From assembly GCF_021028975.2 (NCBI RefSeq), contig NC_059432.1:41540001-41604000 (forward strand): a DNA stretch of 64,000 bases, given 5' to 3'. Shown here one piece after another: positions 61,872 through 64,000 of the stretch; the stretch's first letter is position 1; each line of letters begins with the position of its first letter. The position numbers were made by a program, and so were the translations under genes. The DNA comes from Sphaerodactylus townsendi. Lineage: Eukaryota. The notes under the pieces are model-generated. The model was given only the letters and a program-made list of their open reading frames with translations. It was not told the DNA's origin and searched no databases.

Positions 61872-63937
61872 ATCATAGAAATAATGAAATCATAGAGTTG
61901 GAAAAGATCGCAAGGGCCATCAACTCAAACCCCCTGCCATGCAGGAATACACAAAGCACTCCTGACAGATGGCTATCCAGTTTCTTTAAAAACTTCCAAA
62001 GAAGGAGACTCCACCACACTCCAAGGCAGTATATTTCATTGTTGAAAAGGCCTTATTGTCAGGAAGTTCTTAAGTGGGATCTCTTTTCCTGCACTTTAAA
62101 TCCATTATTCCATGTCCTAGTCTCTAGAGCAGCAGAAAACAAGCTTGCTCCATTTTTAACCTGACATCCCTTCAAATACTTGAATATGGCTATCATGTCA
62201 CCCCTTAACCCCATGATGGCGAACCTATGGCACAGGTGCCCAAGGTGGAACTCAGAGCCCTCTCTCCCCCTTCCCTCCTTGCCCAGCCAGAGGTGGCTGC
62301 TAGCAAACGTGTTGAGGCTGGGGCTGAGCTTCAGGCAGGTCCTCTTGAGTTGACCTGATTTGCTATAAGTAGCATCTACTGCCCTACAAGTACTCCTCTC
62401 CCCTACAAAGCTTGGGAGACTGGAGGCTGGCACGCATTTCTTGGTGTGTAACTTTTGGGACCAAACTAAAATTTAAAGGGTAGAATTAAAAAGCAACAGC
62501 CCAGGTTAGGGGCTTCCATTAGGAGGAGTGCGTCTGCCAAGAGCAGGGCAGGCACAGTGGTGGGATTCAGGGACTCGTCCTGATTGGAGTGAACTGTTTG
62601 TTAAGGTCCCCCCTCCCCTGGGACAGAGAGTGATGCGGCTTTTAGTACCTGGGAGCCCAGGGCGGGGATCTTGCAAGGTATCTAGGCTTGCAACGCCAAT
62701 CCGCCAATCCCGTTCCCACAGGATCAAAGCAAAAGTACAAAAGGCATTTCACACCGATAAAGAATTGAGCTAAACCAGGCTCCAACCAACTGGCAGGAAA
62801 GGGAGAGGAGCATCCCTTACCACCCTGCTGGTTGGCATCCTCTTCCTACCCCCCCTTGTCAGGAATTATGAGCCATTCCTTCTTGACAGGGGCAAATGTA
62901 GGACAGAGAGGTCCATTTCAAAATATTCTCCATGCTTTTATTTTTCTGTTCCTGTTGCATTTTTGTGGGAAGTCAAGTGCTGTGATGACATGTGAAAGAA
63001 AAATCGCAGTTCAGATGGCTGCTCTACAAATTTAGTTTTCCTGAAGTTATCCTACCCCTTGCACAGCATTCTTGCTTAGGATTGCCTTCCTTGGCTCCCT
63101 TTTCACTTCTATTTTGTGGGGGTGGAGTTATTGGGTTTCAGAAAGTGAAAGTTTTATTTCCCTCTCCTCCACACCTCTCCCCCTTCCCCCGCCAGGCCCC
63201 CAGTATGATAATAGTGTAATTATTTCAGGGAGGTTATTAGAATTAAACCTCAGAACTAGTTTTGGGGAAGCAGTGTAGGTAACCCTGTTAAGCGCTGTTA
63301 AACCCCACTGATTTTCTTGGGAAGAACTAAAGCACGATCTTTTCCTGGGAGTAGGCTCAGTTGCTGGCAATGGGGCTTGCTTCTGAGTAAACCCTCCTAG
63401 GGTCATGATTCTTCCATTCAAAGTGTTCCATGGTTGCTTCAAAGCAAAACCACCAACTACCACCAAGCTTACTCCCGAGTAATGCGCATCTTGGAGCCAA
63501 CCTTTTTTTCTAAACTAAAACCTCAGTATTCAGGTTAAATTGCTGTGTTGGCACTTTGCGATAAATAAGTGAGTTTTGGGTTGAAGTTTGGGCACTCGGT
63601 CTCGAAAAGGTTTGCCATCACTGCCTTAACCCTCTCTTCTCCACACTATACATATCTAGCTACCTAAGCTGCTCTTCATAGAGCATGGAATCCAGACCTT
63701 TTACCATTTTGGTCTTCCTCCACCCACTTTGGTCTCCCTCCACTCACTGGAGCACCCACTCCAGCTTATCAATATCCTTTTTGATCTGGATATTGAGCTG
63801 AACACAGTATTCCAGGAGAGATCTGACCAATTCAGAATAGAGTGGCACTATTACATCCTCGATCTAGACACTATACTCCTATTGATGCAACCCAGAATTG
63901 CATTGGCTTTCTTGGCTGCCGGTTCACACTGCTGACT
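61872..63937 (-). mobile_element. CR1 3' region split by a hAT insertion (CR1 at 61872-62210 and 63624-63937)
   Basis: Both pieces are collinear with the CR1 at 20121-20745. Confidence 0.85.
62211..63623. mobile_element. Non-autonomous hAT element, about 1.4 kb
   Basis: TIRs CCATGATGGCGAACCT / AGGTTTGCCATCACTG; perfect 8-bp TSD CCTTAACC (62203-62210, 63624-63631). Confidence 0.88.
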
Positions 63938-64000
63938 CAGGGCCTTTCCCCACTCTCCCCTATCCCCCCTATGCCGCACGCTGCTCTCAGCGCACGGCAT

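Overview
Eukaryotic, vertebrate genomic DNA. The repeat content (CR1, Penelope, tRNA- and 5S-derived SINEs, SPIN/hAT MITEs, Helitrons) points to a squamate, most likely a gecko; this is an inference. The window holds one complete gene, GLRX3 (glutaredoxin-3/PICOT), on the minus strand: 11 coding exons from 34298 to 11312, 1008 nt, 335 aa, all introns GT-AG. About 20.6 kb upstream and divergently oriented is a CpG-rich promoter with a probable first coding exon of the C10orf143 orthologue (54939-54998), which matches the EBF3-C10orf143-GLRX3 order known from human. The rest is intronic or intergenic, dense in nested transposons, with two assembly gaps (607-784, 25321-25628). I found no convincing new protein-coding system. 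The most notable observations are a head-to-tail Helitron dimer, a Helitron inserted exactly into a LINE's AATAAA, fold-back Penelope fragments carrying minimal hammerhead-ribozyme motifs, SPIN MITEs with a shared atypical filler, and several candidate conserved non-coding elements. All family names come from recognising motifs by eye, not from database searches.
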